64,000 nt of DNA from an uncultured Gemmatimonadales bacterium (GTDB taxonomy: Bacteria > Gemmatimonadota > Gemmatimonadetes > Gemmatimonadales > GWC2-71-9), in the NCBI GenBank assembly GCA_963821525.1, contig CAWGED010000019.1:768001-832000 (forward strand), in the 5' to 3' direction. The position numbers were made by a program, and so were the translations under genes. How positions within the stretch are numbered: the first letter of the stretch is position 1; each line of letters starts with the position of its first letter. The notes below the pieces were generated by a model, which was given only the letters and a program-made list of their open reading frames with translations, was not told where the DNA came from and ran no database searches. Shown piece after piece: positions 1-11,176 of the stretch.

Positions 1-253
1 GGACACAGGCAACATGGCGCCGAGTTCGGCCAGGGTGAGGGCGCCGAGCAGCGCGTAGATCCCCCCGACGACCCAGACACCGAGGAACCAGAGGGGACTG
101 GGCAGCTGTTTGGCGACATCGCCGGGGGTCCGCAGGATGCCGACACCGATCGTGTTCCCGACGATGACGGCGAGCCCGAAGGCAACGCCCAGGATTTGAA
201 GTAGGTGGCCCCGCGAGGCGGGGGGCGGCGGCTTGCTCGGAAGGAGAACTCAA
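1..253 (-). CDS. APC-family amino acid permease, N-terminal part (runs off window)
   Basis: Manual minus-strand translation GHLLQILGVAFGLAVIVGNTIGVGILRTPG matches the APC TM1 motif; start approximate. Confidence 0.7.
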   Translation of the reverse strand, partial: MSSPSEQAAAPRLAGPPTSNPGRCLRARRHRREHDRCRHPADPRRCRQTAAQSPLVPRCLGRRGDLRAARRPHPGRTRRHVACV

Positions 254-255
254 CC

Positions 256-1227
256 CTAGGACTCGGCCCGGAGCTTCCGGATCTCTTCGGTGAGGCGGGG
301 AACCACTTCGAAGAGGTCGCCGACGATGCCGTAGTCGGCCACCTTGAAGATCGGGGCGTCCTTGTCCCGGTTGATGGCGACGATCGTCTTGGCGGTGCGC
401 ATTCCAGCGAGGTGCTGGATCGCGCCGGAGATTCCGACCGCGAAATAGAGCGACGGGCTCACCGTCTTCCCGGTCTGCCCGACCTGGTCTCCGTGCTCGC
501 GCCATCCCGCGTCCACTACGGCGCGGCTGGCGCCGACTGCGGCAGTGCCCAGAGCGGCGGCCAGTTCCTCGAGCAGCTTGAAGTTCGAGGGATCCTTGAG
601 GCCGCGTCCGCCCGAGACGACGATTGGCGCCTCGGTGACATCGAGGGTTGCCTGTGCCGGGGCCTTGATCTCCTTCACCGTCACCCGCGCCGTGAATGCC
701 GGAACGTCGAACTTCACCGCCGCACCGGCCTTGCCCGATTCGGCTGGCGGAACGGTGTTGGGACGGAGTGAAACGATTGCCGGAGTTCCCTCCAGCCGGG
801 CCCGTTGCAGCGCCTTGCCGGCATAGACCGGCCGGGTCACCAGCACCTTGCCGCCCTCTGCTCCGATGCCAACCACGTCGGTGGCGCAGCCCACGCCGAG
901 TCGCGCGGCGACTCGAGGAGCGAGGTCGCGGCCGGTTGCGCTGGCGGCGAGGAGGACAGCGACATGGCCTGCGGCGGCGGCGGCCACGGTCGCGGCGAAT
1001 CCGTCGGGCTGGTAGAGACGGAAGTCAGGGTGGGTCGCGAGGAGGACCCGGTCGGCGCCCCATTTGCCAAGCTCATCAGTGCCGGTCACGGCGCCGTCGC
1101 TCAGCACGATGGCGTCAACTGTCGCACCCAGCAGATCCGCGAGTTGGCGCGCGGCGGTAACGACTTCGAACGAGACCTTGCGAAGGACTCCGGTGCGATT
1201 CTCGGTTACAGCGAGGACGGTCGGCAT
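256..1227 (-). CDS. etfA: Electron transfer flavoprotein alpha subunit
   Basis: [28 protein letters not shown] motifs. Confidence 0.97.
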   Translation of the reverse strand: MPTVLAVTENRTGVLRKVSFEVVTAARQLADLLGATVDAIVLSDGAVTGTDELGKWGADRVLLATHPDFRLYQPDGFAATVAAAAAGHVAVLLAASATGRDLAPRVAARLGVGCATDVVGIGAEGGKVLVTRPVYAGKALQRARLEGTPAIVSLRPNTVPPAESGKAGAAVKFDVPAFTARVTVKEIKAPAQATLDVTEAPIVVSGGRGLKDPSNFKLLEELAAALGTAAVGASRAVVDAGWREHGDQVGQTGKTVSPSLYFAVGISGAIQHLAGMRTAKTIVAINRDKDAPIFKVADYGIVGDLFEVVPRLTEEIRKLRAES

Positions 1228-1228
1228 G

Positions 1229-1978
1229 TCAGATCACCTTCGCTTCCGAGCGCAGCAACCGGACCAGCTCAACGACGGCATCGGGACCTTCGCCAACGAT
1301 CCTCCCGGCCGGCCGCTCGGGCGGAAGCTGGAGTGACTGGACCGTCAGGGAACCCGATCCCAGCGATACCGGCTTCACCTCCAGCGGCTTCTTCTTCGCC
1401 GCCATGATGCCCTTGAGCGCGGGCAGCCGCGGCGTATTCAGTCCCTTGTCGCAGGTGAGCACCGCCGGAAGCGAGCAAGTGGAAACCTCGATTCCCCCTT
1501 CGATTTCCCGCTCCGCTTCCACCGCGCCGCCGGACACCTTGAGATGCGCCACCGCCGTGATGCACGGCAGGCCCATCAGCTCCGCCGTCATCACTCCGAC
1601 CTGATGGTTGTAGTCGTCCACCGCCATCTTGCCGAACAGAATGAGATCGAAGCCTCCGGCCTTCAGCTCGGTCGCGAGGGCCTTCGCCACCTCGAGCCCA
1701 TCCGCCGAGCCGGGAGATTGAAGCAGCACACCACGATCGATTCCCATCGCCAGGGCGGTACGAATGGTTTCCTGCGCGGCATCGCCGCCCAGGCTCACCA
1801 CGACCGTCTCGCCGGAGCCGGCGGTCTCTTTGAGTTTGATCGCCTCTTCGAGGGCGAACTCGTCGTAGGGATTGGGAATGAACTTGACGCCGCCTTCTTC
1901 GATGGATTTCCCATCGGCGGCAATCGAGATCTTGGTCGTAGTGTCGGGGACGCGCTTCAGGCAGACTGCGATCTTCAC
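1229..1978 (-). CDS. etfB: Electron transfer flavoprotein beta subunit
   Basis: MKIAVCLKRVPD, NPYDEFALEEA, PRLPALKGIMAAKKK; adjacent to etfA. Confidence 0.97.
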   Translation of the reverse strand: MKIAVCLKRVPDTTTKISIAADGKSIEEGGVKFIPNPYDEFALEEAIKLKETAGSGETVVVSLGGDAAQETIRTALAMGIDRGVLLQSPGSADGLEVAKALATELKAGGFDLILFGKMAVDDYNHQVGVMTAELMGLPCITAVAHLKVSGGAVEAEREIEGGIEVSTCSLPAVLTCDKGLNTPRLPALKGIMAAKKKPLEVKPVSLGSGSLTVQSLQLPPERPAGRIVGEGPDAVVELVRLLRSEAKVI

Positions 1979-2067
1979 TCACCCACCTCGGGAAGACTGG
2001 TCGGGGTCCGGCTCGGCCGGGGCGGAAGGTAGCGAAGGGGGCGGCTGGTCGCTACCTCCCTCAGGCC

Positions 2068-2105
2068 CTCACCCCTGTCCCCTCTCCCGCGACGCGGGAG
2101 AGGGG
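2068..2105 (+). repeat. REP-like palindromic element, left copy
   Basis: ctcacccctgtcccctctcccgcgacgcgggagagggg; internal hairpin cccctctccc/gggagagggg. Confidence 0.85.
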
Positions 2106-2176
2106 AACGCATTCTATTGGTACCTTACTGCCGTCCTATGGTCACTCGGCCGTCGACAGATTCCCGATCTTCCCGA

Positions 2177-2504
2177 ATGGCCAGACGTCGAGGAGTCACC
2201 CTCTGGAAACGAGACCGCGCGAGAACCTTCAGGAAGTGCCCCACAGCGTCTGAAGCGCGCGCGTGGGACATCCTGCGTGACCGCCGAGTGCTCGGACTCA
2301 AGTTCCGGAGGCAGCATGTGATTGACGGGTACGTGGTTGATTTCTTCTGCGTCGAGCATCGATTGGTTCTGGAAATCGACGGCGAGCATACATCTCGATC
2401 CGGTTCAACGGGACCGGGACGCGGAGCGTTCTTCACACCTGCGAGATCGAGGATGCCACATTCTGCGGATTCAAAACAGTGACGTCAGCAAACCAGGTAC
2501 TTAG
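2177..2504 (+). CDS. DUF559 / Vsr-like endonuclease domain protein (frameshift near 2388)
   Basis: TASEARAWDILRDRRVLGLKFRRQHVIDGYVVDFFC..LVLEIDG, continuing in another frame as IH..QRDRDAERSSHLRDRGCHILRI. Confidence 0.85.
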
Positions 2505-2539
2505 AGCAGGCACTGAGACAGTTTCCTTGACACGGGGCG

Positions 2540-2576
2540 CCCCTCTCCCGGTCGCGGGAGAGGGGCCAGGGGTGAG
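2540..2576 (-). repeat. REP-like palindromic element, right copy (inverted)
   Basis: Reverse complement ctcacccctggcccctctcccgcgaccgggagagggg is nearly identical to the left copy. Confidence 0.85.
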
Positions 2577-2580
2577 TGGT

Positions 2581-4737
2581 TCACCCCCCGAATTCCCGCT
2601 TCAGGATCACCTTGATCGAGCGGGCATTGAGCGGGGTAAGGAACCGCTCCAGCTCACCGGTGTTCCGGTTCTCGTTGAAGGTTCCGAAGATGGCGCTGTG
2701 CGAATTGAAGAGCGTTCGTGAGCACCGCGTTTACCTCCCATTGGCCCAGCGTGATGCCGGCCCGGACATTGGCGGTGGCGTAGTCATCCAGCTCGCTCAG
2801 TCTCATTGCCCTCATCGCCCCGCAGCCATTGATGTCCGGTGTACCGGCCATCCACGCCGATATCGAAGGTGCGGTTCAATTGCCACGAGAGGCCAACCTT
2901 GATCTGCTGACCGGTACGAGGGGGAGCCGGTCTCCCGGCTGAACAGTGTTAGGCCCGGCCAATGGTGAGCCGGCGAACGCCGCATCGGATCGCACGCTGA
3001 AGATCGCCGCGGCGGTGCGATACGTAGCACTGGTCCAGGCATAATTGGCATAGAGCTGCAGCGAGCTCGTGGGGAAGAACTGGGTTCCGATCTCGACGCC
3101 TTCGCGACGGGTATCGCCGATATTGGCGAAATACCCCTCGAACACCGCCGTAGACGACTGGATGAAAGAGATGTCGTCCCGCACGTCGGTACGGTACACC
3201 GAAGCGGTAATTGATGCCTTCGTCCCGAGGTAACCGCCGCCCAGCTCGTAGGTGGTTCCCACGACGGGATCGAGCGGCGGGTCGTCACCCAAAGCAAACG
3301 GAAGCGGACAGGCGGCAGTGGGATCGGCGCAGGCCAGCTCCAGAACTGCCGGCGCGCGGAAGCTCTGGCCGATCGAACCGTAGGTGGAGAAGCCGCGGCC
3401 CAGATCCAGGCTCACTCCGCCGCGGGGGCTGAGCCGGTTGAAACTACTGCTGGTGTCGGCCGAGGGATCGAGCTGGTCTTCGAACGGAATCCTGATGTAG
3501 TCGTAGCGGAAGCCTCCCGAGAACGTCGCCCGACCGGTGCGGTAGTCCGCCAGGGCGTAGCCCGCGACGTCCCAGCTCGGACTCTTCACGTCGGTGGTCA
3601 GGGTCTTGTCCGACGAGTTGATGGGATCTTCCTCGAACAGTTTGACGTGAACCCGGTTGACGGCCGCATCCGATCCGATCCGGAGCGAGATCGCGTATTC
3701 CCCACAGGCCAGGCCCGACGCCAATCCAGATTCAAGCCGACTGTGCCATTGGTCGTCAGCGACCGAACATTGTCGTCCGGCGCCTGATTGACGTTGAAGC
3801 GTTCGGCGGTGCTTCGCCGGCCATAAGCACCGAAGTTCAACCGACCGGAGCCGAGTGGCGCATATCCCGAAGTCGCCAGCTGCAGGAGATCCAGATCTTC
3901 GAAGTCGCCGATAGTGAAATTGGCGGAGGGATCGGTGTCGAACAGCGATTCGGGAAGCGATCCAGCAGTCTCCGCGCGAGAATGGGCCCCAAATCCCTGG
4001 AGCGTTATGCCCCGAACCGCGTTGCGCTTCCCCAGATTCACGAATCCGTTGTAATTCTCGGCGCTCGTGGCCTCACGCCAGCCATCATCATTCTCGTAGC
4101 CTCCAGCCACGTAGTAGTCCAAGCCTCCCTTGCTGAGTCCGGCAAGCGACCCCTCCCCCGACCAGTTGCCGTAGGACCCTCCCGACGCCTCGAGCTCGCC
4201 CTCGAGCGGACCGGTGCCTCGCCTCGTAATCAGGTTGATGGCGCCGCCGAGTGAATTGGCTCCGAGGAGACTCCCCGATCCGCTCAGCAACTCGAGTCGC
4301 CGCACGTGTTCCATCGGCAAAAGGTCGAAATTGACCTCCTGAGCATCGGGTTCGTTCTGCCGCACACCGTCGAGAAAGACCGACACACCCGGAGGCAGGC
4401 CGACGACAGGACCCACGTTGAAGCCGCGGGTGCTGAGATTGAGCTTGAAGGGGGAGCCGAGGTCGTCGTAGAGCGAAATGCCGGGCTGGGTCACCAATGC
4501 GTCCGCCAGAAGCCGCGGCTCCCACTTGTCGATCTCCTCCCCGGTTACCACCGAGATTCGTGCCGGCACCCCGGACCCGATCGTGGCCCCCGCAGTCGGC
4601 GCGATGGAACCGACGACCTCGATTTCCTGGAGCTGAATGGCGGAACTGTCGGTCTTCGCGCTGTCGGGTTGCTGGGCGTGGAGCGAGACCGCGGCACCCA
4701 GCAGGATGATGCCGGTGGCGAAGAGCAGAGATCGCAT
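2581..4737 (-). CDS. TonB-dependent outer membrane receptor (several frameshifts)
   Basis: Signal peptide, TonB-box-like EIEVVG, plug motif ..LELLSGSGSLLGANSLGGAINLITR, barrel strands across ORFs 3598-4737, 2876-3724 and 2654-2851. Confidence 0.9.
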
Positions 4738-5353
4738 GTCGGGTCGGTGAGAGAATGAGGAGAGTGATTACCTGAGTGACCTTGTCGCCGGCAGCCGGCA
4801 GCCGCTCGTAGATCGCCGCCATGGCGATTCGGTCGGGCGGCAGGGCCATGATGACGACGGCGTCGTCGGCCGGTCCGCCGCCATCATAGTCCCGACAACA
4901 GAGCTCAAAGGTTCTCATGCCGGCGGTAAACGGTTGCTGCAAGGAGGGCCGTCCGCTCCGATCGAAGCGGAGCACGTCACCGGCGCTATAGCTCCGGCTC
5001 CCGTCCAGGTCTTCGTAGATCGCAAGCCTCTGAACATCGGATCCCCGCCGGGACATGACGAGCATCCCGTCGTCACGGTCTCCACCGCCGTCGAAGTCTT
5101 CACAGCAGCGATCCACGGTTCGAACCTGGGCCAGCCCGAACTCCGATTGCACGAGATAGAGAACGGCCCCCAACAACAACAGCATCAGCCCGAGCCAGAC
5201 CAGCTTGCTCGTGACGGGCGTCGGATTGGGTGTTGGACGATCACCCCGGGTCCAGCGGCCTGCCACCTCGCCTTCCAGCGAGGCCCGAGGGCGGAACTGA
5301 ATTTGCCCGAGGAGCGCATCGAGATCGCGCGGATCAGCAAGCCGGGCGATCAC
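4734..5353 (-). CDS. Putative single-pass membrane anti-sigma factor with duplicated CCxD(F/Y)DGGG motif
   Basis: GTG start overlaps the sigma stop codon; TM LVWLGLMLLLLGAVLYLV; 3' end uncertain (probable frameshift). Confidence 0.6.
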
Positions 5354-5904
5354 GGTGTGTCGTCCTCGAGCAGAACGCGCAAGCGGCCAAGCGCGCGCCA
5401 AAGCCGGGTCCGCACTGCCGACTCGCGAACCCCAAGAATCTGTGCCACAGTCGAAGTATCCATTCCGCTCCCGTAGCGGAGTCCGATGATCTCCCGGTCC
5501 CGCTCGCCCAGTTCGGCCACGGCGGAGAGCAACCGGCTCACTTCCTCCTCCCACAACAGCCGCTCTTCGGCGGTGGGAGCGTCGGCCACCAGATCTCGCA
5601 TGGCGCCGAGGGAAGTGTGTCGCCGTACCCGCGACCGGCGGTGATGGTCCCGGAGCGTGTTCTGCGCGATGCGGAAGATCCAGACCCGGGCCTCGCCCCG
5701 GTCGGGATCGAAGCGCTCTTCCGCGGCGAGCACCTTGAGAAAGGTTTCCGCGGTGATGTCGTCAGCCTCGTCCGCGCTTGCCACATGGAACCGCACGTAG
5801 GAATACACCGCGTGGCCGTACGCCTCGTACCAGGCGTGGGCCCGCGACTGTTTACCGGCCGGCGCGGCCGCAGGAGAGCTGGATTGGATACGCGAATCAG
5901 GCAT
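5350..5904 (-). CDS. ECF RNA polymerase sigma factor
   Basis: Region 2 EADDITAETFLK..WIFRIAQN; region 4 VAQILGVRESAVRTRLWRAL. Confidence 0.93.
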   Translation of the reverse strand: MPDSRIQSSSPAAAPAGKQSRAHAWYEAYGHAVYSYVRFHVASADEADDITAETFLKVLAAEERFDPDRGEARVWIFRIAQNTLRDHHRRSRVRRHTSLGAMRDLVADAPTAEERLLWEEEVSRLLSAVAELGERDREIIGLRYGSGMDTSTVAQILGVRESAVRTRLWRALGRLRVLLEDDTP

Positions 5905-5913
5905 TCAATGAGT

Positions 5914-5940
5914 AGTACGCGAGGGGTGAAAAAATGTCAC
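5914..5940 (-). promoter_or_regulatory. Possible ECF-type autoregulatory promoter (GTGACA-N15-CGTACT)
   Basis: Minus strand gtgacattttttcacccctcgcgtact directly upstream of the sigma start. Confidence 0.4.
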
Positions 5941-5950
5941 TGAAGAAGGG

Positions 5951-5986
5951 AAAAGAAAGGGGCGGGCATCCCTGATGCCCGCCCCT
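5951..5986 (-). terminator. Intrinsic terminator
   Basis: 13-bp stem aggggcgggcatc/gatgcccgcccct followed by a U-rich tract on the minus strand. Confidence 0.8.
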
Positions 5987-6006
5987 CCCTTCATCAGACA
6001 GCGAGA

Positions 6007-6621
6007 CTAGTGGGTCCGGCAGCAGCCCCACGCGGTGCAGGTGGCCCAACCGGTCCCTTTGTCCGCCAGTAGCGCGAACGGGGTGCCACCGCCGGGCAGG
6101 ACATCGAAGCGCCATTGGGCGATGGACTGGGTCCAGGCCAGGTTCGGTTCCATGGCCGTGGCCGCCTTGGCTGTTGAGTCGTGCCAGTCGATATCGATGG
6201 CGTAGCTGGTGTCGAACGATTCCGAGACGAAGCGTCCGATATAGACGCCGTTCTGTTGAGAAACGGTCCAGTAGGACACGGTATCCTTCTCCGTCAGCCC
6301 CAGGCGACGCACTTCGCCACCGCCGCTCTTGAGGAACCGGGCCACGATCCGTCCGGCCGCGAGCTCCTGCCGGGTCAGCTTGTAGCCGTTCGCTTCCGGT
6401 TCGATGATGACATCCACCTTGTCATCGATCAACGCACGGTCGGCCGCGCCAAGCCGGCTCCAGAACTGCTGGTTCTGCGCGTAACTGAGCAGTTGCTGCT
6501 GATCCGCCGGCGCAGGGGCAACCTGCCCGCCCGACGTCGCGGTCGGTTGATTGCTGCACGCGCTCATTAGACCGATCGCCACAACCACGCGTGCAACACG
6601 ATTAGCCCAAACAGGACACAT
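6007..6621 (-). CDS. Hypothetical lipoprotein with C-terminal WxxCxxxGCC motif
   Basis: Lipobox-like LMSAC; ends GTGWATCTAWGCCRTH. Confidence 0.75.
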   Translation of the reverse strand: MCPVWANRVARVVVAIGLMSACSNQPTATSGGQVAPAPADQQQLLSYAQNQQFWSRLGAADRALIDDKVDVIIEPEANGYKLTRQELAAGRIVARFLKSGGGEVRRLGLTEKDTVSYWTVSQQNGVYIGRFVSESFDTSYAIDIDWHDSTAKAATAMEPNLAWTQSIAQWRFDVLPGGGTPFALLADKGTGWATCTAWGCCRTH

Positions 6622-6649
6622 GCGGTGACCTCACTCTAGAGGAAATTGG

Positions 6650-9600
6650 TCAGCGGCCTGCTGCCAAGTCGCGGAGGCGGGATACCTGGCTGGCAAGAGC
6701 GGGTTCGGCACCGCTCCAGAGCGCCAGGGCCTGCGTCGCTCTGGCACGCGCCACCGTACTGTCTCCGGCGTGGGCCGCGAGCTCGGCTCGCAACGCCAGC
6801 ACCTGAGGCAACGCAGCTGCCTGGGGGATGGAACCTTGCGGCACGTCGCCCAGCAAGGCAACGCCGAGGGTCGGCAGTGCGTCGAGCACCTGATCGAGCT
6901 GGCTGGTGGCGGCGGCGGTGTCTCCGATGGATAGTCTGACCCGAGCCTCGCCGAGTGTCGCGTCCAGAGCGACATCCCCGGGAGTTCCGCTGCGCCGCAG
7001 CCTGGCGACCTCGTCCATCTGCCGTCGCACGCCCGCCTTGTCTCCCTGCATCGCCATCCATTGCAGACGGAGGAGCGGATCCGCGACCGGCGCGGCCCGA
7101 TGACTGGAGGTGGCTCCCACCGCATTGTATTCGAGGCTGTGCACTTGGTGGAGCAACACATCGTTGACTTCGGCCTGGCGGTCGGGCGCGATGTAGCTCT
7201 TCACCTGTCCCTGCATTCTTCCTTCCAGGCCTGTCAGGCTGTCTTCAGGAGCGCCGACCGACGCGTAGGCCAGCAGCTCGAGCCAGGTCTCTCTCAGGGC
7301 GGGCGTGACCGCGATCGGCGTACCATCCGGGGACTGAGCTTCGACGGTGCTCGCACCCCGTCCCAGCAGCGATGCGGCCTGGCTTGGGCGTCCGGTCAGA
7401 ACGGCGGCACCGGCCAGCGCCACCGCGGAGGTGGGACTGGCGCGCGATACGTCGGCGAGGAGGCTGTCGGCGAGAGCCCGGGCAGCCTCAAAGCGGCCGA
7501 GCTTGAGCAGCACCCGCAATTGGCCGAGCTCCAACCGGGTGCGTTGATCCGCGTCCGCGGCCGACAGAACGCCCGTCCCGATAAAGCAGCAGTGCCGAGC
7601 GCACAGGAGGACGGTCGTCCCGCAACTCCCCGAGGCTCTCGAGCGCCCGCGCATGTGCTTCGATGGCGTCGGGATTGGTGGGGAACGCGGCGAGCCAGGC
7701 CTCGGTGATCGAACGCAGCTGGTCCCGATTCCGCACCACCGCCGCGGCGGTCGAAGTGGGGAACGCCTCCGGTTTCATAGTGACCACGTCCCCGATGGGA
7801 TAGGGGACAAAAGCCAGCGTGTCTCCCGCGAGCGAAGGGAACGCACCGAAGCGCAGCGTGTCCCGCTCGACCGCAAAACCGGTCCGGAAGGTGTTGTTCT
7901 CGGTGAAGAACACCACGCTCAGTCGCTCGAAGGCCACTCCCTTGAAAGCGCGATAGGACGACGGGAGCATGGTGAGCGCGCGAGAGTAGGCGTTGATCGC
8001 GCCCTGGTAACTGGAGCGGAAACTCCATCCCGAGGGACTCTTCGCGTCCCGGATTACAGTGGGATCGTTCGCCTGACAATCGCCGAGGCCGAACCAGGCC
8101 TTGAAGTCCAGCGTGTCGCGCGCGACCATCGCCTGGTACTTCTCACACGACTCGGCGAAGCGCCCTTCGGCGAACGCGACCATCGCCTGACCCCAGGCCC
8201 GATCGGGCGGCCCGAGCCGGTCGGAAATTCCCAGCGCGCCCAGCAGCAGGGGACGCCAGTCCTCCACCGGCTTGCCGGACCAGGAGAGCACCTGGGCCAG
8301 CCACAACTCGGCCAAGGCGTAGTGCGCGTCGAGCCCGAGGGCAGCGCGGAAGCCCTGCTCGGCGCCGGGGAGATCCCATCCGGCGAGTGCCAGATGTCCC
8401 GCGTCGAAGGCTCTCCAGGCGGCAACCGAACGGGTACCCATCGCCCCGCCGGAGGCGCCCTGAACCCGAGGCGCTTCAATCAACAGGGAATCGGCCAGGA
8501 GGTTGAATCGGGTTTCGGCATCGCTCAGGTCTCCGGCGATCTGGGTCTGCCGTTCCCGGATGACGGCGCCATTGCCGCTCACGTCGTAGAGCGCGGCCCG
8601 AACGTGGATCGTATCGCGGAAGCTCCAGACCTCGCCGGTGAGGAGCCGGCCGGCGCCGCGCTCCCGTGCGAGAGCCAGGCCATCAGACAGCGACAGCGGA
8701 CCCGGTTGTCTCCGCCTCCGGTCGGCTACCCAGAGCGGATCGACGATTCGCAGGTCTTCCCAACGGTTCAGCGCCGCGTGGAGAAGGGTTTCGCATTGGT
8801 CGCCGGTGAGCAGCTGCGGCGCGGCATCGCTCCGGTGGCTGAACGGAATGACGAGGTAGAGCCCATCGTCCAGCGCGGGGCCCGGAGTCGGCCGCGGCCG
8901 GGTGAGAATCAATCCCGCGACGACCAGGGCCAGGACAACGACGATCGCCGTGAGCAGCTTGCGCGTAGCGGGACGGGATGCCTCCCGGCTGGGCTGGATC
9001 GCGGCGAGTGCATCGGAGAACTGACCCGCCGTCGAGTAGCGATCCGCCGGGAGCTTGGCCAGCGCTTTGAAGACAATCTCCTCCAGGCCCGGAGGAAGCG
9101 ATGGCCGCTTCGTCGCGAGCCGCGGCGGCGGATCAACCAGATGTCCGGCGGTAACTCCGAGCGACGGACCGATGAAAGGTGGCTGACCGGCCAGCATCTC
9201 ATAGAGCACGCAGCCGAGGCTGTAGATATCGCTCCGGCCATCGAGGCGCGCATGCCCGGTAACCTGCTCCGGGCTCATGTAATCCGGCGTGCCTTGGGCT
9301 TCACCCGGCAACGCCCGATCGGCCCAGCCAACGGCACTGATGGCGCGCGCGATACCGAAGTCGGCCACTACGGCGTGGGCACCCTGGAACAGGATGTTTT
9401 CGGGCTTGATGTCTCGATGGACGACGTCGTGACTGTGAGCATACGTGAGTGCCTCAGCCACTTCGCGGGTGATACGGATCGCTTCGTCTACCGGTAGGGC
9501 ACCCTCGCGTCTGAGCCGGGCGCCCAGATTCTCCCCGGGCACATAGGGCATGACATAGTACAGGATGCCGTCGGCTTCACCGGAGTCGTGCAACGGAAGA

Positions 9601-9824
9601 ATGCTGGGATGGGACAACCGGGCGGCGATCTGAATCTCGTGCAGGAACTGCTCGGCCTGCTCCCCTTCCGCCAGATCGCCACGGAAGACTTTGACCGCCA
9701 CCAGCCGGTCATGGCGCAGGTCGCGCGCAAGATAGACGGTCGCCATACCGCCGCGACCAATCTCCCGCTCGATGACGTAGCGGTCTGAAAGCAGTTTTGG
9801 TGGTTGGGAAACGACTTCGCCCAG
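6650..9824 (-). CDS. Membrane Ser/Thr protein kinase with large TPR-like C-terminal region (frameshift near 7600)
   Basis: IGRGGMATVYLA, HRDIKPENIL, DFG, GTPDYMSPEQ, DIYSLG; TM segment; start approximate. Confidence 0.9.
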
Positions 9825-9927
9825 GAGTCCCTCGCCCGAACTTACTGAAGAACGATAGTCTCGGCGGCCCGAAATGAGCCAGCAGAACGGAAATTAGCCG
9901 GATAGAAATCGGACGGGGACAATCGGC

Positions 9928-11112
9928 CTAAAAGGCCCCCAGTCCAGTCACAGCCTCGCCCAGGATGAGGGAATGCATGTCGTGGGTTCCCTCGTAAGTG
10001 TAGACCGATTCGAGATTAGCGAGATGTCGCATCGAATGGTACTCGACCAGGATTCCGTTGGCGCCGAGCAGGCGGCGCGCCTCCCGGGCACACTCACAGG
10101 CCATGTTCACATTGTTACGCTTGGCCAGTGAGACCTGCTGGGGGGTCACGGTTCCCGCATCCTTGAGCCGGCCCAACTGCAATGCCAGCAATTGGGCTTT
10201 GGTGATTTCGGTCAGCATGTCCGCCAGTCGGACCTGCTGAATCTGGGTCTGGCCGATGGGCCGGTCGAACATGATCCGCTGTCTGGCGTAGCTCAGCGCC
10301 TCATCGTAGCAGGCCATCGCGGCGCCTACCGCACCCCAGGCGATCCCATAGCGCGCCTGCGTAAGGCACGACAACGGGCTCTTGAGACCACCCGACTTGG
10401 GAAGCAGCGCGTCCTTTGGAAGGTGAACGTCTTCGAGGATCAGTTCGCTGGTATCGGAGGCGCGAAGCGAGAGTTTCCCCTTCTGATCTCGAGCGCTGAA
10501 CCCCTTGGTGTCGGTCGGGACGATGAACCCGCGAATCGACGTGGGATCGCGCAGGTCTCCAGTCTTTGCCCAGACTACGGCGACGCTCGCGTGCGAACCG
10601 TTGGTGATCCACATCTTGGAGCCGTTCAGCACCCAGCCGTCTTTGGTTTCCTTCGCCGTGGTGATCATCCCCGCGGGGTTGGAACCGAAGTCGGGCTCGG
10701 TGAGGCCGAAACAGCCGATGGCCTGGCCGTGGGCCAACGCCGGAAGCCAGCGCTTTTTCTGCTCCTCGGTGCCGAAGGCGAAGATGGGATACATCACCAG
10801 GGCGCCCTGCACCGAGGCAAAGGACCGGATTCCGCTGTCGCCCCTCTCCAGCTCCTGCATGATGAGCCCGTAGGCCACGTTGTTGAGTCCGGCGCAGCCG
10901 AACTCCTCCGGCAGATTCGCGCCGAGCAGTCCAAGCTCGGCCATGCCGGGGATCAGCTCCTTGGGGAATCGTCCCGCGATGTAGGCCTCGCCGATGACGG
11001 GCATAACCGCGCTGTCCACCCAGGAGCGGACGGTATCACGCACGGCGCGTTCTTCTTCGGATAACGAACCGTCGAGCTGGTAGAAATCGACGCCGGTAAA
11101 GCCGGTGGCCAT
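9928..11112 (-). CDS. Acyl-CoA dehydrogenase (glutaryl-CoA dehydrogenase-like)
   Basis: CFGLTEPDFGS, GSKMWITNG, YTYEGTHDMH. Confidence 0.93.
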   Translation of the reverse strand: MATGFTGVDFYQLDGSLSEEERAVRDTVRSWVDSAVMPVIGEAYIAGRFPKELIPGMAELGLLGANLPEEFGCAGLNNVAYGLIMQELERGDSGIRSFASVQGALVMYPIFAFGTEEQKKRWLPALAHGQAIGCFGLTEPDFGSNPAGMITTAKETKDGWVLNGSKMWITNGSHASVAVVWAKTGDLRDPTSIRGFIVPTDTKGFSARDQKGKLSLRASDTSELILEDVHLPKDALLPKSGGLKSPLSCLTQARYGIAWGAVGAAMACYDEALSYARQRIMFDRPIGQTQIQQVRLADMLTEITKAQLLALQLGRLKDAGTVTPQQVSLAKRNNVNMACECAREARRLLGANGILVEYHSMRHLANLESVYTYEGTHDMHSLILGEAVTGLGAF

Positions 11113-11176
11113 GCCTGCCTCTGGAATGAGTGCCGGGACGGCTAATAAAGCTCGGTGGGAGGTCCGGCGGAAGCGG

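Noticed and set aside
7653..9497. Long plus-strand ORF (614 aa) and similar long overlapping ORFs such as 17319-19316 and 47642-49051
   Set aside because: Antisense or alternate-frame shadows of real genes, expected in high-GC DNA
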